A stretch of 64,000 bases of DNA. Source: an uncultured Micavibrio sp. Its GTDB lineage: Bacteria; Pseudomonadota; Alphaproteobacteria; Micavibrionales; Micavibrionaceae. Positions 19,325 through 29,209 of the stretch are shown here, in pieces. Within the stretch, counting starts at the first letter, position 1, and every line of letters begins with the position of its first letter. The translations under genes and the position numbers were made by a program. The stretch covers positions 2,300,755-2,364,754 of the forward strand of contig OZ246421.1 of the NCBI GenBank assembly GCA_965231165.1, written 5' to 3'. The notes beneath the pieces are model-generated. The model was not told the DNA's origin. It searched no databases and saw nothing but the letters and a program-made list of their open reading frames with translations.

Positions 19325-20224
19325 TTAAGATCTTTCCAGCTTCACGATGTTCTCCCCCGCTTTTACCTGATTCCGCAACCACGTGACCTGACGTTTGGCA
19401 TATTGCCGTGTGTCGGTCTGTGCCTGTTCGATGGCTTCTGGCAGCGATAGCGACCCGTGCAGGTGTGCCTGTAGAGGTCTGAACCCTAGCGCCTGTGTTA
19501 CACCTCCCTCCGCCAGTACTGCGCCTGTAGCGATCAGGGCGTCATAGGCGCGGGTTTCTTCAAGCGCCCCTTGATCCATCATCGCCAAAAAACGGCGGTT
19601 GCAGCGGTCATACAGGACATCGCGCGGCGGATCGAGCACCAGCACGTCATAGCGCCATTCCGGCACCGGGGGCACGGGGGGCTGTGCTTGCCATTCGGCC
19701 AGACTTTTCCCGGTCGCTTCCAGCACTTCCCAAGCACGGATCAGGCGCTGGGTGTCGTTGGGGTGCAGACGTGCGGCCATCACCGGATCGTGCTTTTTGA
19801 AGGCTTCGTGAAAGGCGGGGTTGCCCAGTGCGCGCTGACGGGCGTTCATCATTTCCCTGATCTCGGCAGGGACGTCCGGCACAGGCGAAAGCCCCTCCAT
19901 CAATGTCCGCAGATAAAGCCCGGTGCCGCCGACCAGAATGGGTGTCTGTTTGTTTGCCAGTACCTCTTTAATGGCGGCCACGGCCAGCGCCGTCCAGCGT
20001 GTGGCGGAACAAATTTCCGTGGGTGGTATGACACCATACAGACTATGCGGTGCGGCCTCTTCGTCCGTAGCAGAGGGTCGCGCTGTCAGCAGCGGCAGCG
20101 CGTCGTAAACCTGCAAGGCGTCGCTGTTGATGATTACGCCGCCGAGGGCGCGGGCCTTTTCAATGGCAAGGGCCGACTTGCCACTGGCTGTCGGCCCTGC
20201 GATGACGTGGATGATTGCGTTCAC
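19325..20224 (-). CDS. miaA: tRNA dimethylallyltransferase
   Basis: GPTASGKS P-loop and typical MiaA length and pattern (DALQVY..., RQYAKRQVTW). Confidence 0.93.
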   Translation of the reverse strand: MNAIIHVIAGPTASGKSALAIEKARALGGVIINSDALQVYDALPLLTARPSATDEEAAPHSLYGVIPPTEICSATRWTALAVAAIKEVLANKQTPILVGGTGLYLRTLMEGLSPVPDVPAEIREMMNARQRALGNPAFHEAFKKHDPVMAARLHPNDTQRLIRAWEVLEATGKSLAEWQAQPPVPPVPEWRYDVLVLDPPRDVLYDRCNRRFLAMMDQGALEETRAYDALIATGAVLAEGGVTQALGFRPLQAHLHGSLSLPEAIEQAQTDTRQYAKRQVTWLRNQVKAGENIVKLERS

Positions 20225-20225
20225 T

Positions 20226-21728
20226 TTATTTCTTCGGGCTGGTTTTTTTCAGTTTCAGCGCGACGAAACGCACATCACCTTCGCGGTTGACCAGCAGCAG
20301 CACCGAATTGCGTCCGGTGGCAGCGGCCTTGTCGATGACATCTTTCGCGGTCTTGGGATCGGTCACCGTTTGCTGGTTGATTTCAACGATCACATCGCCC
20401 GCTGTCAGGCCTTTTTCAGCCGCTTCGGAGGAAGGTTTCGTATCAATCACGATCACGCCGTTCACATCGTCGCCGATATTATAGGCTTGGCGGTCCTGTG
20501 CGCTGATGGCCCCTATCGAAAGCCCTACGGATTCGATCTTGGTGAGTTCGCCGGTCGGGCCGGTTTCTTCATCTTCTTCACCATCTTTGGGCAGGAGACC
20601 GTCATCTTCGGCTTTTTCCAGTTCGCCGACTTTGATCTTCGCAGATTTCATCTGGCCGTCGCGCCAGAATTCAATCGTGGCTTCGGTGTCGATGTTGGCT
20701 TCGGCGACCAGGCGGGGCAGTTCGCGCATTTCCTTGATCGGCTTGCCGTTGAATTTCAGCACGATGTCGCCGGGTTTGATCCCGGCGATTTCTGCCGGGC
20801 CTGTCGGTGTAACGCTGGCGATCAGCGCGCCTTGCGCGTCTTTCAGGCCAAAGCTTTCGGCGATATCGTCTGTGACGGCCTGAATGCGGACGCCCAGCCA
20901 GCCGCGGCGTGTGCGGCCATATTTAACCAACTGGTCGATGACCGGTTTGGCCAGCGCCGAGGGAATGGCAAAGCCGATACCGACGGAGCCACCCGAGGGT
21001 GAGAAAATAGCGGTGTTGATGCCGATGACTTCACCGTTCAGGTTGAACATCGGCCCGCCTGAATTGCCACGGTTGATCGAGGCGTCGGTCTGGATGAAAT
21101 CGTCATAGGGGCCGGATTGGATATCGCGCTGCTGTGCCGATACGATCCCGGCGGTGACGGTGCCGCCCAAACCGAACGGGTTGCCAATCGCCAGAATCCA
21201 GTCGCCTACGCGCAGGTTGCTGCTGTCGCCGAATTTAACGGCGGTGAGTTTCTTCTCGGTTTTCACTTTCAGCAACGCCAGATCGATTTTGTCATCGCGG
21301 GCGATTACTTCTGCGGGCAGCGAGGTGTCGTCATGCAGGGTTATGCGCACTTCGTCAGCGTCTTTGATGACGTGGTTGTTGGTGACGATCAGGCCTTGTT
21401 CGGCGTCAACAATGAAGCCGGAGCCGAGTGAGGCGGGCGGCGTCATCGGCATGCCTTCGCCGCGCTGTTCCATGAAGTCTTCAAAGAAATCTTCAAACGG
21501 CGAGCCGGGCGGGAAATGCGGCATCTCGGGGAAGTCTTTGGGTTGCAGCGCCTTGTGCGTCGATGAAATATTGACGACGGAGGGCAGCAATTTTTCGGAC
21601 AGGTCTGCAAAGCTGTTGGGGAATGTCTTGGCGGGGCTGGGCCCGAATTGCGCATGTGCTGCCGAAATGAACGGACTTGCAGAGGTGAGTGTTGCCAGAA
21701 CACACAGGGCGGCCATTTGTTTACGCAT
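20226..21728 (-). CDS. degP: Do/DegP/HtrA family periplasmic serine endoprotease with two PDZ domains
   Basis: Signal peptide from ATG 21728. Carries TNNHV, DLALLK and GNSGGP catalytic-triad motifs and two PDZ-like regions. Confidence 0.92.
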   Translation of the reverse strand: MRKQMAALCVLATLTSASPFISAAHAQFGPSPAKTFPNSFADLSEKLLPSVVNISSTHKALQPKDFPEMPHFPPGSPFEDFFEDFMEQRGEGMPMTPPASLGSGFIVDAEQGLIVTNNHVIKDADEVRITLHDDTSLPAEVIARDDKIDLALLKVKTEKKLTAVKFGDSSNLRVGDWILAIGNPFGLGGTVTAGIVSAQQRDIQSGPYDDFIQTDASINRGNSGGPMFNLNGEVIGINTAIFSPSGGSVGIGFAIPSALAKPVIDQLVKYGRTRRGWLGVRIQAVTDDIAESFGLKDAQGALIASVTPTGPAEIAGIKPGDIVLKFNGKPIKEMRELPRLVAEANIDTEATIEFWRDGQMKSAKIKVGELEKAEDDGLLPKDGEEDEETGPTGELTKIESVGLSIGAISAQDRQAYNIGDDVNGVIVIDTKPSSEAAEKGLTAGDVIVEINQQTVTDPKTAKDVIDKAAATGRNSVLLLVNREGDVRFVALKLKKTSPKK

Positions 21729-21836
21729 CTCAATACCTTCTTGTTTGTTTCTTGTCTGAGAATAGAAAATCAATGCTGATAAGGTATGACCAACAGCAGG
21801 GGCGGTCAACCGGTGGCCGCGACGCTGATGAAAAAA

Positions 21837-22037
21837 TCACAATTTCTGCAAAATCCACGCCGTAAAAAGTCCCAGACCTGCCATGAAAAAGCCAAAAAAT
21901 CTCAGTTTTTCAGGCGGCAGGGTCAGCGCTGTTGCCATCATACGCCTGACTGAATCCGTAAATAACGCATATAACAGGCCTTCGATCACCAGCATCAGGG
22001 CAAAAGCGGTCAGGATGTATTGTATAAACGATTCCAT
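21837..22037 (-). CDS. DUF2065 (YjeT) small membrane protein
   Basis: 66 aa with two TM segments and an LVIEGLLYALF pattern. It sits in the classic position after hflC. Confidence 0.75.
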   Translation of the reverse strand: MESFIQYILTAFALMLVIEGLLYALFTDSVRRMMATALTLPPEKLRFFGFFMAGLGLFTAWILQKL

Positions 22038-22058
22038 CCTGAATCTTCAGTCCTGCGG

Positions 22059-22979
22059 TTAGCGCGCGTTGTTGAAGTGCTTGAAAAAATCACCCGTCGG
22101 AGAAAGGATCAGGCGCGTGTCGCCATTGGACATCGACGACTTGTAGGCTTCCAGAGAACGGATGAAATCGTAGAACGCCGGGTCTTTACCCATTGCTTCG
22201 GCATAGGTTTTGATCGCTTCGTTGTCACCGGCACCGCGTAGCATTTGTGCCTGCTGTTGCGCTTCGGCGATCAGCACGGTGCGTTCTTTTTCAGCCGTGG
22301 AACGGATTTCCAGCGCGCGTTCTTCACCCTTGGCACGGGTTTCGGTGGCGCGTTCGATCAGTTCGGACACCATACGTTTAACGGTTGATTGGCGTAGTTC
22401 CGGAGTCAGGTCGGCGCGGACGATACGGATATCGACGATCTCGATCCCGAGATTATCGCGCTCGATCTGCGTGTTCACGCGGGTGCGGATTTCATTCATG
22501 ATTCCGCCGCGCGCGGTGGAGAGCAGGTCTTTCAGGGTACGCTTACCGAGAACCGCGCGGGTGGATTCGTTCATGATGCCCTGAATGCGGTCATAGGCGG
22601 CATTTTCGGTGCGCAGCGTTTTCATGAATTTGAGCGGATCGGCAATGCGGTAACGGGCAAAAGTATCGACGATGATCGGTTCGCCGCTGGCGATACCTTC
22701 ATCAACCGGGGACGTGTCGCCTTCCAGACGGCGCTGGGTCGATGAAATAACGATTTGTTCCGGCGGCGGATCGACGGCGAGGATGCGGCCGTCAAAACGG
22801 CGCACTTCCTGCACCACTGGGATTTTGAAATGCAGGCCGGGTTTTTTGACATCGCCGACGGGTTCACCCAGATGCAGGACAATCGCCTGTTCTCTTTCAT
22901 CGACTGTAAAGAGTGACTGGCTTAAGCCGACGACGGCAACGGCGAGAATGATAAAAGCAAAACTGAATTTCAGGTTCAT
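22059..22979 (-). CDS. hflC: protease modulator HflC (band-7/SPFH)
   Basis: N-terminal TM, an SPFH domain, and synteny directly downstream of hflK. Confidence 0.9.
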   Translation of the reverse strand: MNLKFSFAFIILAVAVVGLSQSLFTVDEREQAIVLHLGEPVGDVKKPGLHFKIPVVQEVRRFDGRILAVDPPPEQIVISSTQRRLEGDTSPVDEGIASGEPIIVDTFARYRIADPLKFMKTLRTENAAYDRIQGIMNESTRAVLGKRTLKDLLSTARGGIMNEIRTRVNTQIERDNLGIEIVDIRIVRADLTPELRQSTVKRMVSELIERATETRAKGEERALEIRSTAEKERTVLIAEAQQQAQMLRGAGDNEAIKTYAEAMGKDPAFYDFIRSLEAYKSSMSNGDTRLILSPTGDFFKHFNNAR

Positions 22980-22991
22980 GACAGGAAATCC

Positions 22992-24149
22992 TTATTGTTT
23001 GCTGCTGCTGGCAGGGGCACCAGCGGCGGGTTTAAGTTCATTGAGCGGCATGTAGGGCACGACACCGGCTTTGCTGGCATCGCCGTCCATGATGATCTTC
23101 TGGGCGTTCTTCATCACGTCTTCCATCGTTTCGATGTAAAGGCGGGTTTTTGTCACGTCCTTGTTGACAAGATAGGCAGAATAAATCGAGTTGAAACGGT
23201 CGGCATCACCCTTGGCGCGGGCGGTGACGGATTGCTTGTAACCTTCTGCTTCCTGCTTCATGCGGATGGCATCACCGCGTGCTTTGGGCAGAATATCCTC
23301 GCGGTAGGCACCGGCACGGTTTTGCACTTCAATGGCGTCTTGCTTGGCGGATTGCACGTCCTGGAATGAGTCCTGCACATCGGGATGCACTTCGGCGCGC
23401 TGGATCAGAACCTGATTGATATTGATGCCGGATTTATAACCGTCCAGCGTTTTGCTCATGATATCGCGGGCGCGGTTGGCGACGTTGTCGCGTTCTTGCG
23501 TAATCAGCGGGAACATCAGCGTCTGGCCGACCACTTCACGGATAGCGCTTTCAGCGACTTTCTTGATGGTGTTTTCCGGATCGCGGATATTGAACAGGTA
23601 ATCCTCCGCTGAAGAAATCGTCCACAGCACGACCATGTCCATATCGACGATATTGGCGTCCGATGTCAGCATCAGGCTTTCTTCCGGTATGTTCTGGCGC
23701 TGGGCGGAGCCGCCGATCACCGTGCGGTCGGAAAAACCGACCGACAGGCGACGCATTTCGGAAACATTCAGCTTGGTCAGCGTTTCAATCGGATAGGGCA
23801 GGCGGTAGCCCAGACCTTCAGTAACTTTCGTATCTTTCCATTTGCCGAAACGCTGGATTACACCGTTTTCACCGGGGACGATGATATAAAAACCGCTTGC
23901 CAGCCATAAGGCGGCGATGCCCAATGCGATCAGGCCGAACAAACGCGGGCCTTGAAAGCCTGTGGGGAAAACCTGACGCAGGTTTTCCTGCGCTTTTTTC
24001 AGCATTTCATCAAGATCGGGTGGGATATCGCTTCCGGGGCCGCGTCCTGAACCGCCGCCACCGCCACTGCCGCCCCATGGTCCGCGGTTGCCGCCACGGT
24101 TATCGCCGCCGGACGGGCGACCCCAGGGATTATTCGGTTGGTCAGGCAT
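22992..24149 (-). CDS. hflK: FtsH protease modulator HflK (band-7/SPFH)
   Basis: Gly-rich N-terminus (PWGGSGGGGGSGRGPG), a TM segment and an SPFH domain. Confidence 0.9.
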   Translation of the reverse strand: MPDQPNNPWGRPSGGDNRGGNRGPWGGSGGGGGSGRGPGSDIPPDLDEMLKKAQENLRQVFPTGFQGPRLFGLIALGIAALWLASGFYIIVPGENGVIQRFGKWKDTKVTEGLGYRLPYPIETLTKLNVSEMRRLSVGFSDRTVIGGSAQRQNIPEESLMLTSDANIVDMDMVVLWTISSAEDYLFNIRDPENTIKKVAESAIREVVGQTLMFPLITQERDNVANRARDIMSKTLDGYKSGININQVLIQRAEVHPDVQDSFQDVQSAKQDAIEVQNRAGAYREDILPKARGDAIRMKQEAEGYKQSVTARAKGDADRFNSIYSAYLVNKDVTKTRLYIETMEDVMKNAQKIIMDGDASKAGVVPYMPLNELKPAAGAPASSSKQ

Positions 24150-24235
24150 CGGTAAATCCTCGATTTTTCTTGAACTACAGGGCTGTGTAAGAATATCTCT
24201 TTTCCGAGAGAAAACAACCGAAACCGGAAAATATT

Positions 24236-25318
24236 ATGACCACTGACATTGAGTCGGCCATCGAAACAGCCCTGCGTCAGGTGAAAGACCCTGATCGCGG
24301 GCAGGACATTGTCAGTTTGCATATGGTGACGGGGTTACAGGTGAAGGACGGTCATGCGGTCTTTGCTATCGAAGTCGATCCGAAACGTGGGCCATCGCTC
24401 GAATCATTGCGTCAGGAAGCTGAAGCTGTTGTGCGCGCGGTGCCGGGTGTGACATCGGTGCAGGCGGTGCTGACGGCGGAACGCGCGAAAGCGGCGGCTG
24501 TTGCTGCCGATCCGCATGGCATGAGTAAAAATCCGGTGCTGGATTTGCCGATCCGCCAGATTATCGCGGTGGCCTCGGGTAAGGGTGGCGTTGGTAAATC
24601 GACCGTAGCGATCAATCTGGCGGTGGCGCTGGCGCAACAGGGTTTAAAAGTCGGATTGCTGGATGCCGATATCTACGGGCCTTCGGTGCCGCGCCTGACA
24701 GGTTTAAGTGGTAAGCCGACACAGGACGCGGATGGGCAACTGGTGCCGTTAGCCGCGCATGGCCTGAAAATTATGTCGATCGGTTTCATGGTGGAAAATG
24801 AAACACCAATGATCTGGCGCGGGCCGATGGTGCAGACAGCGCTCTACCAGATGCTGCGCGATGTGGCGTGGGGTACGCCCGCCGATCCGCTGGATGTGCT
24901 GGTCGTCGATATGCCGCCGGGCACGGGCGATGCGCAACTGACACTGGCGCAGAAGGTGCCGCTCGCGGGCGCGGTGATCGTTTCGACGCCGCAGGACCTG
25001 GCATTGATCGATGCGCGCAAGGGGATTGAGATGTTCCGGCAGGTAAAAGTGCCTGTACTGGGTCTGATCGAGAATATGAGTACATTCATCTGCCCGGATT
25101 GCGGTCATGAATCGCATATCTTCGGTCATGGCGGCGCGCGGGCAGAGGCCGAGAAGATAGGTGTGCCTTTCCTCGGTGAAATTCCGCTGCATGCTGATAT
25201 TCGGCGATTTAGCGATGCGGGGACGCCTGTCGTTTTGCAGGGGACGAAAGAAGCGCAGCCTTACATTGATATAGCTTCGTCCCTCGTGGCGGGATTGAAG
25301 CTGAAACAGGCGGCATAG
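24236..25318 (+). CDS. apbC: Mrp/ApbC/NBP35 family iron-sulfur cluster carrier ATPase
   Basis: N-terminal DUF59-like domain, SGKGGVGKST deviant Walker A, and a CPDCGH motif. Confidence 0.92.
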   Translation: MTTDIESAIETALRQVKDPDRGQDIVSLHMVTGLQVKDGHAVFAIEVDPKRGPSLESLRQEAEAVVRAVPGVTSVQAVLTAERAKAAAVAADPHGMSKNPVLDLPIRQIIAVASGKGGVGKSTVAINLAVALAQQGLKVGLLDADIYGPSVPRLTGLSGKPTQDADGQLVPLAAHGLKIMSIGFMVENETPMIWRGPMVQTALYQMLRDVAWGTPADPLDVLVVDMPPGTGDAQLTLAQKVPLAGAVIVSTPQDLALIDARKGIEMFRQVKVPVLGLIENMSTFICPDCGHESHIFGHGGARAEAEKIGVPFLGEIPLHADIRRFSDAGTPVVLQGTKEAQPYIDIASSLVAGLKLKQAA

Positions 25319-25328
25319 GGTAGGTAGG

Positions 25329-25413
25329 TGTCATTGCGAGTGTAAGCGAAGCAATCCAGCGCAACAGGCGCCATTCTGGATTGCTTCGTCGGCTATGCCG
25401 TCTCGCAATGACA
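25329..25413. repeat. 85-bp nested palindromic (REP/MITE-like) element between convergent genes
   Basis: The outer arms are TGTCATTGCGAG (25329-25340) and CTCGCAATGACA (25402-25413). The inner arms are CGAAGCAATCCAG (25347-25359) and CTGGATTGCTTCG (25376-25388). Confidence 0.7.
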
Positions 25414-25429
25414 GGATGATAATAGGGCT

Positions 25430-25930
25430 TTATTTCCGGCGGTTCAGGATGCCGATCATGTAGGGCACAGGTTCTTCAGCCGTCTTGATAATTTCTTCCG
25501 ACCATTCCAGCGGATTGATTTTGGGGAAGAAGGTGTCGCCTTCGTAGTCCTGATTTATGACGGTCAGGTAGATGCGATCTGTCACTGGCATCGCGGCTTC
25601 GTATATCTGGCCGCCGCCGATAATGAAAATTTCATCGACATTCGTTTCCACGGCGATCTGCTTCGCCTGCGCAATCGCATCTTCAATCGCGGCGACAACG
25701 ATGACATCGCCCTGCACCTGATCCGGTTTACTGGTGATGACGATATTGGTTCGCCCCGGCAGAGGCTTGCCCAACGACTCATAAGTCTTACGGCCCATGA
25801 TGACGGGTTTTCCCATCGTCGTATTTTTGAAATGTTTGAAGTCTTCGGGGATATGCCAGAGCATTTTGTTATCTTTGCCGATAACAAGGTTGCGGGACAT
25901 GGCGGCGATGGCGGAAACAGTGATTGTCAT
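25430..25930 (-). CDS. folA: dihydrofolate reductase
   Basis: VIGKDNKMLWHIPEDFKHFKNTTMGKPVIMGRKTYESLGKPLPGRTNIVIT is classic DHFR. Start is ATG 25930, or GTG 25936. Confidence 0.93.
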   Translation of the reverse strand: MTITVSAIAAMSRNLVIGKDNKMLWHIPEDFKHFKNTTMGKPVIMGRKTYESLGKPLPGRTNIVITSKPDQVQGDVIVVAAIEDAIAQAKQIAVETNVDEIFIIGGGQIYEAAMPVTDRIYLTVINQDYEGDTFFPKINPLEWSEEIIKTAEEPVPYMIGILNRRK

Positions 25931-25953
25931 ACCCACAGGTTAGCGCAAAAAAA

Positions 25954-26697
25954 TCATATATTCCACGGGAATTGGAAGCCCTGCGGATAGGCGGTTTTTA
26001 TGGCGTGCGGCTTCGGGTGCTGCGCAGTCAGTTCGTCCAGCAACTGGCGACCCTGCGGCGTACGCACATTATCATGGGCATGCCACCAGAGTTCCGTGAA
26101 CGATTTATTCAGATCGGGATAAAGCGATTCATAAAACTGCGCCTGCATCACCAGTTCCAGTTTGTCGATATCATGCGCCATGATGGCGTTATCGGTCTGG
26201 CCGTCTTCGTATTCCTGCCACAGGTCTTTGATTTCCTGCGCTGCCGACGGGGATGAATGGCCATCGAGCAGCAGGGCGAGCGCGATGCGTTCGAGCTTGT
26301 TGCGTTCGGGTTTGGTGATCGGGTCGCGGTTGGCGCCGCCGGAGATGAAATCGGTCGTGAGGCTTTCGGCCAGATCATGCACGGACATCATGCGGGCGAC
26401 GTGCTGCGGGTCGTGCTTTCCGGCGGCAACGATAAAGGCCAGTTGCATGCTGTCGGCCTGATGTCCGGCGACGCTCTGGATAATCCCGGATGGTACACCT
26501 AAGACGGGCCAGCCAGCGCGTGGTTCCTGATTGAGCCGCTGTACGGCTTCTTTCAAGCGCTCTGATGGTTCGATGTTCAGGAAATGCTCGAAACGGCCCT
26601 CGACCTGCGGGAAGCGCGTGAAAATATCGCGCAGAAAATGACCGTCACTGGTGGTCAGTCGCGGCAGTTCATCGAGGATTTCGTCGGCTGTGTCCAT
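25954..26697 (-). CDS. HD-domain phosphohydrolase, YfbR/HDDC2-like 5'-deoxynucleotidase family (tentative)
   Basis: H...HD...D pattern (SVAGHQ, SVHDLAESLTTD, AHDIDKLE). Sits between thyA and folA. Confidence 0.6.
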   Translation of the reverse strand: MDTADEILDELPRLTTSDGHFLRDIFTRFPQVEGRFEHFLNIEPSERLKEAVQRLNQEPRAGWPVLGVPSGIIQSVAGHQADSMQLAFIVAAGKHDPQHVARMMSVHDLAESLTTDFISGGANRDPITKPERNKLERIALALLLDGHSSPSAAQEIKDLWQEYEDGQTDNAIMAHDIDKLELVMQAQFYESLYPDLNKSFTELWWHAHDNVRTPQGRQLLDELTAQHPKPHAIKTAYPQGFQFPWNI

Positions 26698-26745
26698 GGC
26701 TTTGCTCCGGGGGAGAGCATACCCCGGAATTAACAGTTATGTCAA

Positions 26746-27540
26746 TTATACAGCCACCGCGGCCTTGATATGCGGGTGTGCCTGATAATCGACCAGTTCG
26801 AAGTCCTCGAATTTGAAGTCGAAGATACTGGTGACGTGCGGGTTCAAGTGCATTTCCGGCAGCGGGAATGGATCGCGGCCCAGTTGCAGTTGCGCCTGTT
26901 CCAGATGGTTGGAATAGAGGTGCGCGTCACCGAAGGTGTGAATGAATTCACCGGGTTTGAGGCAGCAGACCTGTGCGATCATCAGTGTCAGCAGCGCATA
27001 GGAGGCGATATTGAACGGCACACCGAGGAAAATATCGGCGCTGCGCTGGTAAAGCTGGCAGGAAAGCTTGCCGTCGGCGACATAGAACTGGAACAGGCAG
27101 TGGCAGGGGGCGAGCGCCATCTTGCCGAGGTCGCCGACATTCCATGCCGATACGATCAGGCGGCGTGAATCCGGATCGGTTTTCAACTGGTGGATCAGGT
27201 TTGATATCTGGTCGATGTGATGGCCGTCGGCGGCGGGCCAGCTGCGCCATTGGTGGCCATAGACGGGCCCGAGATTGCCTTGCTCGTCGGCCCACTCATC
27301 CCAGATCTTTACGCCGTTATCCTGCAGGTACTTGATGTTGGTGTCGCCCTGCAGGAACCACAGCAATTCATGGACGATGGATTTCAGGTGCAGTTTTTTG
27401 GTGGTGACCAGCGGGAAGCCCTCGGACAGGTCGAAGCGCATCTGATAGCCGAACACGCTTTTGGTGCCGGTGCCGGTGCGGTCTGATTTATCGGCGCCGT
27501 TCTCCAGAACGTGGCGCATCAAGTCCTGATACTGCTTCAT
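26746..27540 (-). CDS. thyA: thymidylate synthase
   Basis: 264 aa: [15 protein letters not shown]...DRTGTGT...LAPCH...DAHLYSNH. Unmistakable ThyA. Confidence 0.97.
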   Translation of the reverse strand: MKQYQDLMRHVLENGADKSDRTGTGTKSVFGYQMRFDLSEGFPLVTTKKLHLKSIVHELLWFLQGDTNIKYLQDNGVKIWDEWADEQGNLGPVYGHQWRSWPAADGHHIDQISNLIHQLKTDPDSRRLIVSAWNVGDLGKMALAPCHCLFQFYVADGKLSCQLYQRSADIFLGVPFNIASYALLTLMIAQVCCLKPGEFIHTFGDAHLYSNHLEQAQLQLGRDPFPLPEMHLNPHVTSIFDFKFEDFELVDYQAHPHIKAAVAV

Positions 27541-27691
27541 CGCGGGTACTCTTTCTTAAAGGGGTATGATCCTTCATGTTTAATTGATTGTAGGCTGTGC
27601 TGCATCATTAACCATGGATTCTCTGATACCGGCTTGTGGATTAATCTTTCCATAACCATTCTTTTGTATTCTCAGGGTGGAAAGAGGATGC

Positions 27692-27961
27692 ATGGACGGA
27701 TTTTTGACCGCTTTAATGGCCTATTATGGCCTTGACTGGCTGGCGTTGGCGCTGGGGGTTTCCGGCAGCTACATGATTACTGGTCAGAACCGTTTCGGGT
27801 TTGTACTGAGCGCTTTGGCTTGCCTGTGTGGCTTTGCCGTGGCCCTGATGTCGGCCCAGTTTGGCTATGTGGTCTATAATGTTCTGCTGGCGGGCATTAT
27901 GATGCGGGGTTTCCTCAATCTCAGCCATTTCCAGTCCGGGCAGGGCATGCCCGCTGAATAG
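27692..27961 (+). CDS. hypothetical small membrane protein
   Basis: Three hydrophobic segments. ATG at 27692 follows GAGG. An alternative start is GTG 27677. Confidence 0.4.
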   Translation: MDGFLTALMAYYGLDWLALALGVSGSYMITGQNRFGFVLSALACLCGFAVALMSAQFGYVVYNVLLAGIMMRGFLNLSHFQSGQGMPAE

Positions 27962-28035
27962 TATGGCGCTCATAAAAATTCTTGCGCTGATTAGCCTGCT
28001 TCGCGTACGGATCAGTGGCAGGAGGGTTTTTCATC

Positions 28036-28791
28036 ATGGCGCTTGTAATTTTTGATTGCGATGGTGTTCTCGTCAATACCGAGGAGCTGGTCAGCCGCGT
28101 TTCGCGCGTGGCTTTGAGTGCCGCCGGCTTGCATTATACCGATGACGAGTTCGAACAGCGTTTTTTGGGCACCAGCAATGATGGTTTCCGTCAGCGCGCC
28201 AACGAAGACTATATGAAGCTGTGCGGTCAAAACCTGCCTCAGGCTGTGTTCGACGACATGATGCAGCGTTATCTGGCGGATGAGCCGGCGCATATTCAGG
28301 CCATTTCCGGTGTGCAGGATTTTGTCGAGGCGCTGATCAATTCGAAGGTACCGTTTGCGCTGGCCTCCAACGGCGCGCGCGCCAATATCGAACGCAAGCT
28401 GCAGTTGACGGGGTTGTTTAACTATTTCTCAGGCCACATTTTTTCACGCGATGATGTTCTTAACGGTAAGCCCGCGCCGGACGTCTATCTGCATGCGATG
28501 AAAACGATGGGTGAAACTGATCCGCGCAAATGCATCGTGATCGAGGATAGTCCTATCGGCGTTCAGGCTGGCTTTCATGCCGGAATGTCAGTGCTGGGTT
28601 TTGCAGGCGGTGCGCACCGCCGTTCCGGCTATGAAACGCACCTGATCGGTGCCGGGGCTGTTTTTACCGCGCCGACCATGGCGGGCATTGCTTTCGAAGC
28701 CTTTGACCGGATTGATGAAATCGACCAGGTGCCGAATGGGCGCAATGCATCCGTACGTAAAGCGCGCACTTCTGGCGACCCCACCCCTTAA
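28036..28791 (+). CDS. HAD-superfamily hydrolase (beta-phosphoglucomutase-like subfamily IA)
   Basis: FDCDGVLVNTE motif I, SNG motif II and EDSPIGVQAG motif IV. Start is ATG 28036. Confidence 0.85.
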   Translation: MALVIFDCDGVLVNTEELVSRVSRVALSAAGLHYTDDEFEQRFLGTSNDGFRQRANEDYMKLCGQNLPQAVFDDMMQRYLADEPAHIQAISGVQDFVEALINSKVPFALASNGARANIERKLQLTGLFNYFSGHIFSRDDVLNGKPAPDVYLHAMKTMGETDPRKCIVIEDSPIGVQAGFHAGMSVLGFAGGAHRRSGYETHLIGAGAVFTAPTMAGIAFEAFDRIDEIDQVPNGRNASVRKARTSGDPTP

Positions 28792-28804
28792 CCCTGACAA
28801 TATC

Positions 28805-28832
28805 TTGATTTTTCAGGGATTTGCCCTATAAT
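28805..28832 (+). promoter_or_regulatory. sigma70-type promoter of ssrA
   Basis: TTGATT (28805-28810), a 16-nt spacer, then TATAAT (28827-28832). Confidence 0.6.
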
Positions 28833-28839
28833 AATAAGT

Positions 28840-29203
28840 GCCGGAGCAATCCGGCTAAGATGCTAAACACTTTGTAGAATAGACGTTGTGGACCCGGGGG
28901 CAGTACCCGGCGGCTCCACCAGTATTCCCGGTTCTTCGTGATCGGGCATGCAGGCGGGGCCGAAACAGGATTGACGCGCGTGATAAAGGCAAAGCTTGTA
29001 TCCGTTATGGTACGGTCGTTATCCGGCCAGGCAATTAAATGCCAACGATAACTTCAAGTTCGCAAACGTAGTAGCTTCGAACGACAATGGTCGTTTCGTT
29101 GCTGTTGCAGCCTAATTTGGCAGTTTGCACGAAGTCTAAATCCCTTACTGACTAACTATCGGTAAGGTGGGGCGCGGGCCGGCCTAGCAACAGAACTGGC
29201 CCA
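28840..29203 (+). ncRNA. ssrA: circularly permuted (two-piece) tmRNA: acceptor piece, spacer, then coding piece
   Basis: The acceptor-piece 3' end CGGCUCCACCA ends at 28921. The 5' acceptor GGGGCCG starts at 28956, downstream of it, and pairs with it through a G3:U pair. The tag ORF at 29041-29115 reads ANDNFKFANVVASNDNGRFVAVAA*. Ends are approximate. Confidence 0.85.
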
Positions 29204-29209
29204 TTTTTT

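Noticed and set aside
20127-21002. 291-aa plus-strand ORF
   Set aside because: It is antisense to degP and miaA, both of which have strong family signatures.
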